A DNA stretch of 64,000 nt, from the NCBI GenBank assembly GCA_963724905.1, contig CAVRWD010000003.1, positions 198,404 to 262,403 of the forward strand, written 5' to 3'. The notes below the pieces were generated by a model. That model worked only from the letters and a program-made list of their open reading frames with translations, was not told the origin of the DNA and ran no database searches. Within the stretch, counting starts at the first letter, position 1. Every line of letters starts with the position of its first letter. Source of the DNA: an uncultured Solirubrobacterales bacterium. GTDB taxonomy: Bacteria; Actinomycetota; Thermoleophilia; Solirubrobacterales; 70-9. The position numbers and the translations under genes were made by a program. Of this stretch, positions 1 through 11,001 are shown in pieces.

Positions 1-1223
1 ACGGTGTCGAGAGCCACTCCGACGACGATCAGGATCGAGGTCCCCCCGAAGAAGAAGTTCGCCGAGGTCTGGGCGATCAGGATCGTCGGCAGCGCCGCCA
101 CGGCCGCGAGGTACAGCGCTCCCGGGAACGTGAGGCGGGAGAGAATCCGATCCAGGTACTCGGCCGTTGGCCGGCCGGGTCTCACCCCGGGAATGAATCC
201 CCCGTACTTCTTCAGGTTGTCGGCCTGATCGACGGGGTTGAAGGTGACCGCCGTATAGAAGTAGGTGAAGATGATGATGAAGAAGGACTCGCCGACCACG
301 TAGGCCCAGCCGTTGGGGCTGAAGAAGTCGGCGAAGTCGAGCGCAGTCGGCGTGTTCAAGAGCTGCCCGATGGTCGGCGGGAAGGCCATGATCGAGGCCG
401 CGAAGATGACCGGGATCACGCCCGCCATGTTCACCCGCAGAGGCAGGTAGGTGGAGCCGCCGGATGTCATCCGGCGCCCGACCACGCGTTTGGCGTACTG
501 CACCGGAATCCGGCGCTGGCCCTCCTGGACGAAGACGATCGCGACGATCACCGCGAGGGCGATGAAGGGCATCATCACTACGAATACCTGGTCGGGGCTG
601 TCCCACCATCTGGTGATGCCGGTCGGCAGCCCGGCGACGATCGAGGCGAAGATCATCAGGGAGATCCCGTTGCCGATCCCGCGCTGGGTGATCAGCTCGC
701 CGAGCCACATCAGCAACGTGGTCCCCGCGGTGAGCGAGATCACGACCAAAAAGACCTTGCCGAAGGTGCGCTCGCCGATCGGGTTGGCGGCGCCGGCGCC
801 GAGGAAGGAGCTGGAGCTGAAGAGGAAGACGTAGCCGAGCGACTGCATGAAGGCCAGCCCCACGGTCAGATAGCGCGTGTACTGGGTGATCTTCTGCTGG
901 CCGACCTCGCCCTCCTTCTGCAGGCGCTCCAGCGAGGGGACCACCACGGTCAGCAGCTGCAGGATGATCGACGCGGTGATGTAGGGCATGATCCCGAGGG
1001 CGAAAAGCGACAGGCGCGAGAGGCTCCCGCCCGAGAAAAGGTCGAGAAAGCCGAGGATGTTGGAGCCGGAGAAGTTCTCCGAGGCGTCCTTCACCGCCTG
1101 GATGTCGACCCCGGGCGCCGGGATGTAGGCGCCGAGGCGGTAGAGCAGCAACATCGCCGCGGTAAAGGCGAGCTTGCGGCGGATATCCGGGACCGAAAAG
1201 GCGTTGGCGATCGTCGCGAGCAT
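1..1223 (-). CDS. secY: preprotein translocase subunit SecY (C-terminal end runs off window edge)
   Basis: Reverse translation from ATG 1223 reads MLATIANAFSVPDIRRKLAFTAAMLLLYRLGAYIPAPGVD... and stays open to position 1. The ATGA overlaps the rplO stop. It sits in the canonical position after rplO. Confidence 0.93.
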   Translation of the reverse strand, partial: MLATIANAFSVPDIRRKLAFTAAMLLLYRLGAYIPAPGVDIQAVKDASENFSGSNILGFLDLFSGGSLSRLSLFALGIMPYITASIILQLLTVVVPSLERLQKEGEVGQQKITQYTRYLTVGLAFMQSLGYVFLFSSSSFLGAGAANPIGERTFGKVFLVVISLTAGTTLLMWLGELITQRGIGNGISLMIFASIVAGLPTGITRWWDSPDQVFVVMMPFIALAVIVAIVFVQEGQRRIPVQYAKRVVGRRMTSGGSTYLPLRVNMAGVIPVIFAASIMAFPPTIGQLLNTPTALDFADFFSPNGWAYVVGESFFIIIFTYFYTAVTFNPVDQADNLKKYGGFIPGVRPGRPTAEYLDRILSRLTFPGALYLAAVAALPTILIAQTSANFFFGGTSILIVVGVALDT

Positions 1224-1714
1224 CAGCCGTCCAAAGTCTGGCAGGTGCCTCCGGCGGCCTCGATCTTCTCCTTCGCGGCGGCGCTGAAGGCGTGAGCGCT
1301 CACCGTGAGCTTCTTGGAGACGTCGCCGCGGGCGAGGATCTTCACCGGGTCCTTGCGCTTTGCCAGCCCGGCCTCGCGCAGAGTCTCGGGGTTCACCTTG
1401 GCGCCCGACTTAAAGCGCGAGTCGATGTCGCCGACGTTGACAGGCTGGGTGTGGGTGCGGAACTTCTCGAACGGCATCGACATCTTGCGATGGGGGCCGC
1501 GCAGCTTGCGCATCCGCATATGGATCGGGTTCTGGCCGCCCTCATAGGCGACCTTGCGCTTGTTGCCCGAACGGGCCCCGGCGCCCTTGTGCCCGCGGCC
1601 GGACTGCTTGCCCAACCCCGAGCCCTCGCCGCGACCGAGCCGCTTGCGGGGCTTGCGGGTCCCCGGCTTGGGCTTCAGGTTGTGAAGCCCGACCTGCTCT
1701 GAGCGCTCCGCCAT
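1223..1714 (-). CDS. rplO: 50S ribosomal protein L15
   Basis: 163-aa ORF with GRGxGSGxGK..GRGHKG motifs; lies in the spc operon order. Confidence 0.97.
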   Translation of the reverse strand: MAERSEQVGLHNLKPKPGTRKPRKRLGRGEGSGLGKQSGRGHKGAGARSGNKRKVAYEGGQNPIHMRMRKLRGPHRKMSMPFEKFRTHTQPVNVGDIDSRFKSGAKVNPETLREAGLAKRKDPVKILARGDVSKKLTVSAHAFSAAAKEKIEAAGGTCQTLDG

Positions 1715-1899
1715 CAGCCGTCCTCGTCGACGCTGACCAGGTGCTCGATCACGCGTAGCTGGCCCCGCAGCTGGGGGCTGTCGGCGCGCTCGGTGCTGGA
1801 GCCGGGGCGCCCGAGCCCGAGCGCCTCAAGCGTTGCGCGCTGGTTGGGCTTGATCCCGTTCGCGGAGCGGGTCTGGCGGATCTGAATCACTCCGGCCAC
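1714..1899 (-). CDS. rpmD: 50S ribosomal protein L30
   Basis: 61-aa ORF MAGVIQIRQTRSANGIKPNQRATLEALGL...; ATGA-type overlap with rplO. Confidence 0.95.
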   Translation of the reverse strand: MAGVIQIRQTRSANGIKPNQRATLEALGLGRPGSSTERADSPQLRGQLRVIEHLVSVDEDG

Positions 1900-1930
1900 T
1901 TACTCCGCTCCCGCTCGCTCGCGCTCACAA

Positions 1931-2620
1931 TCACTGGCCATCTCGCTCGCTCGCTCCCGCGTCCGTCGTGGCCGGGTCACCGGCGGGCTGATCGCCCGCT
2001 GGTTCGGTGGACTCGGCGACAGCTACGGGCTCGGCTACCGGAGCGGCGGCGTCATCCGCGCTCTCCTTCGCCTTGGCCGCCGCCTCCTTCAGGTCCAAGC
2101 CGAGCACCTGCTTGACGGTCAGGCCGCGCAGCTCCGCGACCTGCTCCGGGCGGCGCAGGCGCATCAGACCGTCCATCGTCGCCTTCACGAGGTTGATCGG
2201 GTTCTGGGTCCCGATGCTCTTCGTGAGCACGTCGCGGACCCCGCTCAGCTCCAGTACCGCGCGAACGCCGCCGCCGGCGATCACGCCGGTACCGGGGCTC
2301 GCCGGGCGCAGCACCACGTGGCCGGCGCCGAAGCGGCCGATGATCTTGTGGGTGATCGTGTTGCCGTACTTGGGCACGCGGATCAAGTTCTTGCGCGCGT
2401 TCTCGACCCCCTTCTGGATCGCCAGGGGGACCTCGCGGGCCTTGCCGTAGCCGATCCCGACCACCGACTCTTCGTCGCCGACCGCGACCAGGGCGGTGAA
2501 GGAGAAGCGGCGCCCACCCTTGACCACCTTGGCGACGCGGTTGATCTCGATCACGCGCTCCTGCAGGTCCAGCCCGCGCGGGCTGACCGTCTCTACCTCT
2601 GTGCTGTTCGATCCCTTCAT
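1931..2620 (-). CDS. rpsE: 30S ribosomal protein S5, with an acidic Ala/Pro-rich C-terminal tail of about 55 aa
   Basis: 229-aa ORF with the S5 core ([18 protein letters not shown]...GIGYGKA). Tail reads [34 protein letters not shown]... Confidence 0.96.
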   Translation of the reverse strand: MKGSNSTEVETVSPRGLDLQERVIEINRVAKVVKGGRRFSFTALVAVGDEESVVGIGYGKAREVPLAIQKGVENARKNLIRVPKYGNTITHKIIGRFGAGHVVLRPASPGTGVIAGGGVRAVLELSGVRDVLTKSIGTQNPINLVKATMDGLMRLRRPEQVAELRGLTVKQVLGLDLKEAAAKAKESADDAAAPVAEPVAVAESTEPAGDQPAGDPATTDAGASERDGQ

Positions 2621-2644
2621 AGGCGGCCGGTCACCGTAGCGGAC

Positions 2645-2998
2645 TCAGAGCTCGAGCCCGCCCTCACGGGCGCCTTCGGCGAGCGCCTTGACGCGCCCGT
2701 GGTAGCGGTATCCGCTGCGGTCAAAGACGCAGCTGCTCACGCCGGCGTCCTTGGCCCGCTTGGCGAGCGTCTCCCCGGATGTCTTTGCCTGTTCCATCGG
2801 GTCGAGCCCGCGCAGGTCCTTCTCGGTCCAGTTGACGGCCGCGACCGTGGCCCCGGCGTCATCGTCGACCAGCTGGGCGAAGATCCCGCGGTTTGAGCGG
2901 TAGACCGAGAGGCGCGGACGATCGGCGCTGCCGCGCACCTTGGCGCGGATGCGGCGCCGGCGGCGCAGGCGCCGCTGCTGCTTGGTGAGCACGGTCAT
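2645..2998 (-). CDS. rplR: 50S ribosomal protein L18
   Basis: 117-aa ORF containing ...[20 protein letters not shown]...[22 protein letters not shown]. Confidence 0.96.
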   Translation of the reverse strand: MTVLTKQQRRLRRRRRIRAKVRGSADRPRLSVYRSNRGIFAQLVDDDAGATVAAVNWTEKDLRGLDPMEQAKTSGETLAKRAKDAGVSSCVFDRSGYRYHGRVKALAEGAREGGLEL

Positions 2999-3528
2999 GC
3001 GCGCTTCCCGACCTTCCTGGTGACCTGCTCGCCCGCGTAGCGGACGCCCTTGCCCTTGTAGGGCTCGGGCGGGCGGCGCTTGCGGATGTCGGCGGCGATC
3101 TGGCCGACCTGCTGCTTGTCGATCCCGCGCACGATCACCTCGGTCGGCTGTGGGACCTCGAACTCGATCCCTTCCGGGGCCTCGACCGTGATCGAGTGCG
3201 AAAAGCCAAGCGAGAGTTCCAGCGCCTTGCCTCGCAGCTGCGCGCGGTATCCGACTCCCTGGATCTCGAGCCGTTTCTCATAGCCCTCGGTGACGCCCTG
3301 GACCATGTTCGCGATCAGGCTGCGGGTGAGGCCGTGAAGCGCCCGGTGCTCGCCGCGGTCGGTGGGCCGCTCGACGGTCACGGCGCCCTCGGCGAGCTCG
3401 ACCTTCATATCGCCCGAGACGCCCTGGGCCAGCTCGCCCTTCGGCCCCTTGACCGTGACCTGGCCAGGGGCAACCTGGACGTCGACGCCCTCGGGAACCT
3501 CAATCGGCTGTCTTCCGATCCGACTCAT
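2995..3528 (-). CDS. rplF: 50S ribosomal protein L6
   Basis: 177-aa [20 protein letters not shown]...[11 protein letters not shown]; ATGA overlap with rplR. Confidence 0.97.
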   Translation of the reverse strand: MSRIGRQPIEVPEGVDVQVAPGQVTVKGPKGELAQGVSGDMKVELAEGAVTVERPTDRGEHRALHGLTRSLIANMVQGVTEGYEKRLEIQGVGYRAQLRGKALELSLGFSHSITVEAPEGIEFEVPQPTEVIVRGIDKQQVGQIAADIRKRRPPEPYKGKGVRYAGEQVTRKVGKRA

Positions 3529-3531
3529 CTC

Positions 3532-3928
3532 TCACCAGACGTAGGCGACCACTTCGCCGCCGACGCCGCTGGCGCTTGCCTGGTGGCCGGTCATCACCCC
3601 GCGCGAGGTGGAGACGATCGCGGTACCGGTGCCGCCGTGCACGCGAGGGACATGATCGCTGATCCACGTAACGCCGGCGGCCGGGGCGCGAGACGCGCTC
3701 CATGCCGGTGATCACCGGGCGGCGCGCCTCCGTGTACTTGAGCTGGATCCGGATCACGTCGCCGACCCGGGCGGGGGCGGAGGCAAAATCGACGATGTAG
3801 CCCTGCTCCTTGAGGATGCGGGACATCTCGAGCTTCAGCCGCGATGCGGGGATCTCGACGTCGTCCTGGCCCGCCTGCACCGCGTTGCGCACCCGGGTCA
3901 GGTAGTCGGATATGGGATCGGTGAGCAG
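3532..3928 (-). pseudogene. rpsH: 30S ribosomal protein S8, frame broken as assembled (one extra base near 3664-3665); no canonical start codon
   Basis: The N-terminal block (L)LTDPISDYLTRVRNAVQAG...[20 protein letters not shown] is in one frame. The C-terminal block [43 protein letters not shown] is in another and ends at TGA 3532-3534. The only in-frame start candidate after the rpsN stop is CTG 3928. Confidence 0.85.
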
Positions 3929-3932
3929 GGAT

Positions 3933-4118
3933 CTACCAGCTCGACTTCGTCATTCCGGGCACGTAGCCCTGATGGGCCGCCTCGCGCAGGCAGATCCGGC
4001 AGAGGCCGAACTTGCGGTAGTAGGCGCGCGGCCTGCCGCAACGGCGGCAGCGGTTGTAGCCCCGGGTCTTGTACTTGGGCTTGCGCTGCTGTCTGACTTT
4101 CTGTGAGGTCTTAGCCAT
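3933..4118 (-). CDS. rpsN: 30S ribosomal protein S14, type Z (zinc-ribbon form)
   Basis: 61-aa ORF with CRRCGRP...CRIC cysteine pairs, ending ...MTKSSW. Confidence 0.95.
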   Translation of the reverse strand: MAKTSQKVRQQRKPKYKTRGYNRCRRCGRPRAYYRKFGLCRICLREAAHQGYVPGMTKSSW

Positions 4119-4126
4119 GAAGTTTT

Positions 4127-4945
4127 CTAGGAACCTTCCTCTTCTTTGGACCTTTCGTCGCCTGACGCTTCGGGCTCGCCGCCCTCCCCGCCGCCTTCTT
4201 CTCCCTCTTCGCCTTCCTCGCCCTCTTCCTCGCGCACCGGCTTCTCGTAGGCCTCGGGGTTCTCCTCCTTGAGCTTCTCCAGCGCCGCCTGCTCGGCCTC
4301 GGCCCTCTGGCGCGCCTCCTGGGCCCGGCGCTCCTCCTCGGCCTCCGCCTCGAGGTCGGCGGCGCCGGGCCTGCCCTGCTCGGCGAACGGCATCCCCAGC
4401 GCCAGCAGAAGCTCGAAGGCCTCCTCGTCGCTGGCGGCGCTGGTCGTGATCGTGATGTCGAGGCCGCGAACCTCGTCGATCGAGTCGTAATCGATCTCGG
4501 GAAAGATCAGCTGCTCGCGGACGCCCATCGAGTAGTTGCCGCGGCCGTCGAAGGAGCGCGGGTTAAGGCCGCGGAAGTCGCGGATGCGAGGAATCGCGAT
4601 CGAGCAGAGGCGGTCGAGGAACTCCCACATCCGAGCCCGCCGAAGCGTCACCGAGACGCCGACCGGCATTCCCTCGCGGATCTTGAAGGAGGCGATCGAG
4701 CGGCGGGCGAGCCGCACGTTGGGGCGCTGGCCGGCGATCGTCTGCAGCTGCTCGGTCGCGGCCTCGAGGATCTTGTCGTCCTGCTTTGCCTCGCCGATCC
4801 CCATGTTGAGGGTGATCTTCTCCAGGCGCGGCGCCTGCATCGGGGTCGAGTACCCGAACTTGCTCGTCAGCGCCGGCAGGATCTCCTCCTGGTAGCGCTC
4901 GCGGAGGCGCGGCGGCGGCGCGACCTGTGCGGTGCCGGCTTCCAT
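4127..4945 (-). CDS. rplE: 50S ribosomal protein L5 with an acidic C-terminal extension of about 88 aa
   Basis: 272-aa ORF. The L5 core runs to ...ALGMPF. After it comes [29 protein letters not shown]...[21 protein letters not shown]... Confidence 0.95.
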   Translation of the reverse strand: MEAGTAQVAPPPRLRERYQEEILPALTSKFGYSTPMQAPRLEKITLNMGIGEAKQDDKILEAATEQLQTIAGQRPNVRLARRSIASFKIREGMPVGVSVTLRRARMWEFLDRLCSIAIPRIRDFRGLNPRSFDGRGNYSMGVREQLIFPEIDYDSIDEVRGLDITITTSAASDEEAFELLLALGMPFAEQGRPGAADLEAEAEEERRAQEARQRAEAEQAALEKLKEENPEAYEKPVREEEGEEGEEGEEGGGEGGEPEASGDERSKEEEGS

Positions 4946-5283
4946 TAATCAATCACCTTCCCGGTGCGCTTTGAGTAGCGCTCCGCCTTGCCGCCCTCGC
5001 GCTTGACCCCGATCCGGGTCGGCTTGTTGTCGGTGGGATCGAGCAGGACCACGTTGGAGACGTGGATCGGGCCCTCCTTCTCGACGATGCCCCCCACCTC
5101 GCCGCCGCGCGAGGCGTCCTTGACCGAGCGCGGGCGCTCGTGGCGCTTGATGATGTTGAGGTTCTCGACGTAGACGACGCCGCGCTTGGGCTCGGTGCGG
5201 ATGACGCGGCCGGTCTTGCCGCGGTCCTTGCCGCCCGTCACCTGGACGTGGTCGTCGCTGCGTATGCGCATCGACTTCGCCAT
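4945..5283 (-). CDS. rplX: 50S ribosomal protein L24
   Basis: 112-aa ORF with KOW-type sequence [17 protein letters not shown]...; its stop overlaps the rplE ATG. Confidence 0.96.
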   Translation of the reverse strand: MAKSMRIRSDDHVQVTGGKDRGKTGRVIRTEPKRGVVYVENLNIIKRHERPRSVKDASRGGEVGGIVEKEGPIHVSNVVLLDPTDNKPTRIGVKREGGKAERYSKRTGKVID

Positions 5284-5651
5284 CAGAGCACCTCGGGAGC
5301 GAGGGAAACGATGCGCATGAAGTTGCGGTCGCGAAGCTCGCGGGCGACGGGGCCGAAGATCCGCGTCCCGCGGGGGTTGTTCTGCGGATCGATGAGCACG
5401 GCGGCGTTCTCGTCGAATGAGATGTAGGTGCCATCGGAGCGCCCGAACTGCTTGCGGGTCCGCACGACGACGGCCTGCACCACCTCGCCCTTTCGCACGC
5501 CCCCCTGCGGGTTGGCCTGCTTGACGGTTGCGGTGATCACGTCACCGACTCCCGCGTAGCGGCGGTGCGAACCGCCCTTGACCCGGATGCAGAGCAGCTC
5601 CCGAGCCCCGGAGTTGTCGGCCACCTTGAGCTTCGTCTCCTGCTGGATCAC
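5283..5651 (-). CDS. rplN: 50S ribosomal protein L14
   Basis: Conserved N-terminus (V)[15 protein letters not shown] starts at GTG 5651, preceded by GGTGGGGG. The track ORF extends 6 codons further upstream. Confidence 0.93.
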   Translation of the reverse strand: MIQQETKLKVADNSGARELLCIRVKGGSHRRYAGVGDVITATVKQANPQGGVRKGEVVQAVVVRTRKQFGRSDGTYISFDENAAVLIDPQNNPRGTRIFGPVARELRDRNFMRIVSLAPEVL

Positions 5652-5672
5652 GCGACTCAACACCCCCACCGA

Positions 5673-6362
5673 TCACTTGGCCTTCTCCACGATCTCCACC
5701 AGACGCCAGCGCTTGCTGCGCGAGATCGGGCGGGTCTCGACCACGCGCACGACGTCGCCGGCGCCCGCCTCGTTGCTCTCGTCATGGGCGTGCAGGGTGC
5801 GCGAGCGGCGCACGACCTTCTCGTAGGTCGGATGGCGGCGGGCGATGTCGATGCGGACGGTGATCGTCTTGTCGGCGCCGTCGGAGACGACGACCCCTTG
5901 GCGCACCTTTGTCGGGTTCGGCTGCCGCTCCGCGGCAGGGGTACCGACGCCGGGCTCGCCCTTTTTCGCCCTGCGCGAGGCGCGGTGACGCCGCCGCGCG
6001 ACCGCCTTGGCGCCGCGGCGCTGCTGGCGCTCGGCATGGCGCTCCTCGGGGCTGCGCTGCGGCTTCGCCTCGGCCGGACGGCGGGAGCGCTCCAGGCGCC
6101 GGCGGGTCTTCCAGTCCAGATCATCGCCCTCCGCCTCCTCCGCTTGGCGTCCCGGGGCGGCGGGGCTCGGGGTGTCTGCTGCGTCCTCGGTCGACTCCTC
6201 CGCCTCGGCCGCAGGCTCCTCCTCCGCAGGGGCTTCTTCGGCAGGGGCTTCTTCAGCCTCCTCAGCGGGGGCCTCTTCAGCAGGGGCCTCGGCCTCGGGG
6301 GCCTGCTCCTCCGCCTGCTCTTCGGGCTGTTCGTCCTGAGTCTTGTCTTCTTCTTCTGCCAT
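5673..6362 (-). CDS. rpsQ: 30S ribosomal protein S17 with an N-terminal extension of about 145 aa (acidic, then basic)
   Basis: 229-aa ORF. The S17 core KVRQGVVVSDGADKTITVRIDIARRHPTYEKV... occupies only the last ~85 aa. The ATG 6362 overlaps the rpmC stop (ATGA), which supports the long form. Confidence 0.9.
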   Translation of the reverse strand: MAEEEDKTQDEQPEEQAEEQAPEAEAPAEEAPAEEAEEAPAEEAPAEEEPAAEAEESTEDAADTPSPAAPGRQAEEAEGDDLDWKTRRRLERSRRPAEAKPQRSPEERHAERQQRRGAKAVARRRHRASRRAKKGEPGVGTPAAERQPNPTKVRQGVVVSDGADKTITVRIDIARRHPTYEKVVRRSRTLHAHDESNEAGAGDVVRVVETRPISRSKRWRLVEIVEKAK

Positions 6363-6573
6363 CAGCGTCGCCTCATCTCGGCGTCGACATCGATCCCGCG
6401 CTCCTTCGCCACGGTCAGCAGCCGCGCCACGTCGCGCCGCGCAGCTCCGATCCCGGCCGAGTTCTCCAGCTCCCCGGTCGAGTGGCGGAAGCGCAGGCTG
6501 AATGCCTCCTGCTTGGCGTCGCGCAGCCGCGCCACCAGCTCCTCGTCCTTCAGGTCGTGTACCTCCGAAGCCT

Positions 6574-6577
<4 letters not shown>
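6362..6577 (-). CDS. rpmC: 50S ribosomal protein L29
   Basis: 71 codons from GTG 6577: [39 protein letters not shown]... The start forms a GTGA overlap with the rplP stop. Confidence 0.9.
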
Positions 6578-6992
<415 letters not shown>

Positions 6993-6993
<1 letters not shown>

Positions 6994-7685
6994 CAGCGAC
7001 CACCTCTGCCTCGGCCGACCGGGCCCGTCGTCGTCCGTGGCCCCGGACTCGGAGCGGAAGCCCTCGGGCATCACCTCGCCCTTGTTGATCCAGCACTTGA
7101 CGCCGATGCGGCCGGTGGTGGTGCGGGCCTCGAAGAACCCGTAGTCGATGTCCGCGCGCAGCGTGTGCAGCGGGACGCGGCCGTCCGAGTAGCCCTCGGT
7201 GCGCGCCATCTCGGCGCCGCCGAGCCGGCCGGAGACCTGGACCTTCACGCCCTTGGCGCCGGAGCGCATCGCCGACGTGAGCGCGCGCTTCATCGCACGC
7301 CGGAAGGCGACCCGGTTCTGCAGCTGCTCGGCGATCGACTGGGCGACGAGCTTCGCGTCGAGCTCAGGGCGCTTTACCTCGCGGATGTTGACCTTCACCG
7401 GCTGGCCGGTGAGCTTATGCAGGTCGCGCCGCAGGGCGTCGACCTCGCTGCCCGACTTGCCGATCACGATTCCGGGGCGTGCGGTGTGGATGTCGACGGT
7501 GACCTCGCCGCGGCGCTCGATCGTGATGTCCGAGAGGCCGGCGTGCGCGAGCTTTCCCTCGATGTGCTCGCGGATCCCGATGTCCTCGAGCAGCAGGTCG
7601 GAGAACTCCTTCTCGTTGAACCAGTGCGACTTCCAGTCGTGGATGTAGCCGACGCGGAAGCCCTCGGGTGGATCTTCTGGCCCAT
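6993..7685 (-). pseudogene. rpsC: 30S ribosomal protein S3, two frame breaks as assembled
   Basis: ATG 7685 gives MGQKIHP. One G is missing from GGG 7666-7668; restoring it reads [16 protein letters not shown]...[10 protein letters not shown]...[24 protein letters not shown] second shift at about 7010-7050 is needed to reach the ...GRGRGGR* tail that stops at 6993-6995. Confidence 0.88.
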
Positions 7686-8272
7686 CAGCGCGTCCTCCTC
7701 GGGACTCAGCGCCACCGAGATGTGGCTGGTCCGCTTGTTGATCCGGGTCGCCCGCCCCAGCGCCCGCGGGCGGTAGCGGCGCAGCGTCGGGCCCTCGTCG
7801 ACGGTGATCTCGGCGACCTTCATGTCGTCGGCGATCAGCTCGTGGTTGTTCTCGGCGTTTGAGGCCGCCGAGTCGATCAGCTTCGCGATGTCCTGGGCCG
7901 CCGAGCGAGGCGAGAACTGCAGCAGCGCCCGCGCGCGGTCGATCTGCAGCCCGCGGACCTGGTCGGCGACCAGACGCGCCTTGCGCGGCGCGGTGCGCAC
8001 GTAGCGGGCGCTGGCGCGCACGACGACCGGCGCCGGCTCGGCCTTCGGCTTCGGCGCGGCCTTTGGCTTTGCCTCCGGCTTCGGCTTCGCCTCGGTCTTG
8101 GTCGGTCCGTCTTCGACTTCGGCGCGGCCTTCGGCTTCGCGGTCTCCTTCTCCGCCGCGGCCTTGCTCCGACTGCGCCGGCTTTGCCTTCGCGCCTTGCG
8201 GGCAGGCTTGCGCGAGCCCTTGGCCTCCTCCTCGGCTGCGCCGGACTTCTGTGTCTTCTCGTCCTCGGGCAT
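7685..8272 (-). pseudogene. rplV: 50S ribosomal protein L22 with a Lys/Ala/Pro-rich N-terminal extension; two frame breaks as assembled
   Basis: ATG 8272 overlaps the rpsS TGA. The sequence [22 protein letters not shown]...[12 protein letters not shown] shifts (~8100-8110) to [53 protein letters not shown]...[10 protein letters not shown]. The in-phase stop TGA 7685-7687 needs another shift near 7690-7700. Confidence 0.82.
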
Positions 8273-8549
8273 CAATCTTCCTTCTTGGGGTCGGCGCCGG
8301 AGTGGGCGCGGAAGGTGCGGGTCGGGGCGAACTCGCCGAGCTTGTGGCCGACCATCGACTCGGAGATGAAGACCGGCACGTGCTTGCGGCCGTCGTGGAC
8401 GGCGATCGTGTGCCCGACCATCTCCGGAAAGACGGTCGAGGTCCGCGACCAGGTCTTGACCATCTGCTTCTGGCCCGATCGTTCATCTGGCTGATCCGGC
8501 CCATCAGGCGCTCCTCGGCCCACGGCCCCTTCTTGGTCGAGCGTCCCAT
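8272..8549 (-). pseudogene. rpsS: 30S ribosomal protein S19, one missing base as assembled
   Basis: [22 protein letters not shown] is in one frame. [58 protein letters not shown] is in the next. Restoring ATGGAA at about 8484 gives a 92-aa protein. Confidence 0.88.
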
Positions 8550-8553
8550 CGCC

Positions 8554-9402
8554 CTAGCCCTTGCCCTTGCGCTTGCCGCGCCGCGCGGCCGCACGATGTA
8601 GCGGCTCGAAGTCTTGCCCTTCTTGCGGGTTCGGTAGCCGAGCGTCGGCTTGCCCCAGGGGGTCACCGGGTGCCCGCCGGGCGTGTGGTGGGCCTCGCCG
8701 CCGCCGTGCGGATGGTCGACGGGGTTCATCGCCACGCCGCGGGTCTGCGGGCGGCGGCCCTTGTGGCGGCTGCGGCCGGCCTTGCCGAGCTTGATGTTCT
8801 GGTGCTCGGGGTTGGAGAGCGAGCCGACCGTCGCCCGGCACTCGGCGCGCACCATGCGCACCTCCGTCGAGGGCAGGCGCAGGCTCGACCATCGGCGCCC
8901 TCCTTGGCACGACCTGGATCGCGGTGCCGGCGGCGCGGCCGAGCCGCCCGCCCTGCCCGGGGACCAGCTCGACGTTGTGGACGACGGTGCCGGTCGGGAT
9001 GCGCGCAGCGGCAGCGCGTTGCCGGGCTGGATGTCGGCGCCCTCGCCGGACTGCACCTGGTCGCCGACCGTGAGCTGCTGGGGGGCGAGGATGTAGCTCT
9101 TGGCGCCGTCGGCGTAGTGCAGCAGCGCGATGTAGCAGCTGCGGTTGGGGTCGTACTCGATCGCCGCCACCCTCGCCGGGACGCCGTCCTTGCGGCGCTT
9201 GAAGTCGATGCGGCGGTAGCGGCGCTTGGCGCCGCCGCCGCGGTGGCGGCTGGTGACGCGCCCGTAGGAGTTGCGCCCGCCGGACTTCTTGGCGCCCTCG
9301 GTGAGGCCCTTCTCGGGCTCGGTCGCGGTGAGCTGCTCGCGCAGCGGGATAGGTCCCGAAGCGGCGCCCGGGGCTGGTCGGCCTTGTCTTCCGATTCGCC
9401 AT
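8554..9402 (-). pseudogene. rplB: 50S ribosomal protein L2, at least five frame breaks as assembled
   Basis: The conserved blocks alternate between frames: [15 protein letters not shown] | [18 protein letters not shown]...[45 protein letters not shown]...GNALPLR | [31 protein letters not shown] | AKEGA | [23 protein letters not shown]...[12 protein letters not shown]...RYIVRPR | RRGKRKGKG*. Breaks lie at about 9356, 9000, 8907, 8891 and 8585. Confidence 0.9.
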
Positions 9403-9405
9403 CGT

Positions 9406-9688
9406 CTAGCCCTCCGCCGCCGCGCCCTCGAAGAGCTCGATCCGCTCGCCGGGGCCGAGCTGCACGACCGCCTTCTTCCAGGAGCGGGTCTTGCCGTAGT
9501 GAAGGCCGCGGCGCTTGGGCTTCGAGCGCACCTTGGCGGTGCGCACCGTCGGCGACGCTGACGCCGAAGACATCCTCGACCGCGTGTGCGATCTGGGTCT
9601 TGTTGGCGCGCTCGTGAACGCGGAAGGTGTACTTGCCCTCGGCGATCAGCGCGTAGCTCTTCTCGGAGATCACCGGCCGGACGATCAC
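9406..9688 (-). pseudogene. rplW: 50S ribosomal protein L23, one extra base as assembled
   Basis: GTG 9688 gives [47 protein letters not shown]. There is an extra G at 9546-9547. The protein then continues [46 protein letters not shown] (TAG 9406-9408). Confidence 0.88.
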
Positions 9689-9701
9689 GTTGCGGTGTCC
9701 A

Positions 9702-10368
9702 TCAGCCGTCCTCTCGTCGCCGGTCTCGTCGCCGGCCCTTGCGCTCGCTGTTCGGAGCTCCGGCCCGGCCCTGGAGGATCTCCAGCGCCTTCTCGGAGAT
9801 CACCAGCGACGCGGCGCCGATCACGTCGGCGACCCCGATCGCGGTCGCCTCGGCGACCTGCACCCGCTCGATGTTGCGAAAGCTGCGCAGCGCCCCAAGC
9901 TCTTCGGTCTCGAGCACGACCAGGGTCGGGCCGTCGGGGCCCCACTTGCCCAGCGCCTCGGCGGCCTTCTTGGTCGAGGGCTCGTCGAAGGCGCCGGCGT
10001 CGAGGATCGCGACGCTGTCGCGCTCGGCGTGCACCGAGAGCGCGGCCCGCAGCGCCCGCCGGCGCGCCTTGCGGTTGACCTTGAAGGTGTAGCGGCGCGG
10101 CTTCGGGCCGAAGGCGACGCCACCGCCGGTCCGCGTGGGCGAGCTCAAGCGCTCCGACGCGGGCGCGGCCGGTGCCCTTCTGGCGCCAGGCCTTGGCGGT
10201 CGTCATCGAGACCTCGCCGCGGCGCAGGGTCGAGGCTGTGCCCCGCCGCCGGGCGGCGAGGTCGGCGCGGGCGGCGTCGTGGACCAGCGACTGGTGGAAG
10301 TCCTCGCTGAACAGAGCCGCCGGAAGGTCCGCCTTGGTGGTCTTGCCGAGAACGGTGGCCTTACTCAT
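9702..10368 (-). pseudogene. rplD: 50S ribosomal protein L4, one extra base as assembled
   Basis: [74 protein letters not shown], then an extra T at 10147-10148, then SSPTRTGGGVAFGPKPRRYTFKVNRKARRRAL... The stop is at 9702. Alternatively the protein ends at the GTGA-coupled stop 9685 if a second shift exists. Confidence 0.85.
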
Positions 10369-11001
10369 CGCCGCCCACCTCCCCGCGCACCTCGACCACG
10401 CTGTTGCGCGACCCGGGCACCGAGCCCTTGATCAGCAGCAGGTTTCGCTCGCTGTCGATCTCGACCACCTCGAGGCCGAGCTGGGTGACGCGCTTGCCGC
10501 CCATGCGGCCCGGCATCTTCGTGCCCTTGAACACCCGGGCGGGGTCGGCGCTGGCGCCGATCGAGCCCGGCGCCCTGACGTTGTGGGAGCCGTGGCTGAC
10601 CGGCCCGCGGTGAAAGTTGTGGCGCTTGATCGTCCCGCAAAGCCCTTGCCGATCCCGACGCCCGAGACCTTGACCTGCTGGCCGGGCTCGAAGGACTCAA
10701 CGGTGACCGTGTCGCCGATCTTGGGCTCTTCGTCGCCGCCGAGCTCGGCGTCGCGGAACTCGACCACCGTGCGCTTGGCGCCGGCGTCGGCCTTCGCCAG
10801 GTGCCCGAGCTCGGCCTTGCTGAGCTTTCCCTCCTTGACGTCGCCGAAGGCGAGCTGCACGGCGGAATAGCCGTCGCGCTCGGGCTCGCGGATCGCGGTC
10901 ACCGGGCAGGGCCCGGCCTCGATCACGGTTACCGGGACGACGGTCCCGTCCTCGGTGAAGACCTGGGTCATTCCGAGCTTCTTGCCGATGATCGCCGGCA
11001 T
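10361..11001 (-). pseudogene. rplC: 50S ribosomal protein L3, one missing base as assembled
   Basis: [37 protein letters not shown]...GIGKGFAG, then one base missing at CCC 10634-10636, then [50 protein letters not shown]...[26 protein letters not shown] (TAA 10361-10363, overlapping the rplD start). Confidence 0.9.

Noticed and set aside
6130-6360. Short tandem DNA repeats in the rpsQ, rplE, rplJ and rplA tails, considered as CRISPR-like or minisatellite arrays.
   Set aside because: They are in frame and encode EEAPA/EEG-type low-complexity peptides. They lack the unique spacers of constant length that a CRISPR array would have. No cas genes are present.
7464-9170. A 568-aa ORF that would be the largest 'novel' protein in the ribosomal cluster.
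   Set aside because: It is a chimera. It threads through in-frame pieces of rplB, rpsS, rplV and the rpsC start, joined by out-of-frame Arg/Ser/Pro-rich read-through. It exists only because stop codons are rare in high-GC off-frames and because of the indels.
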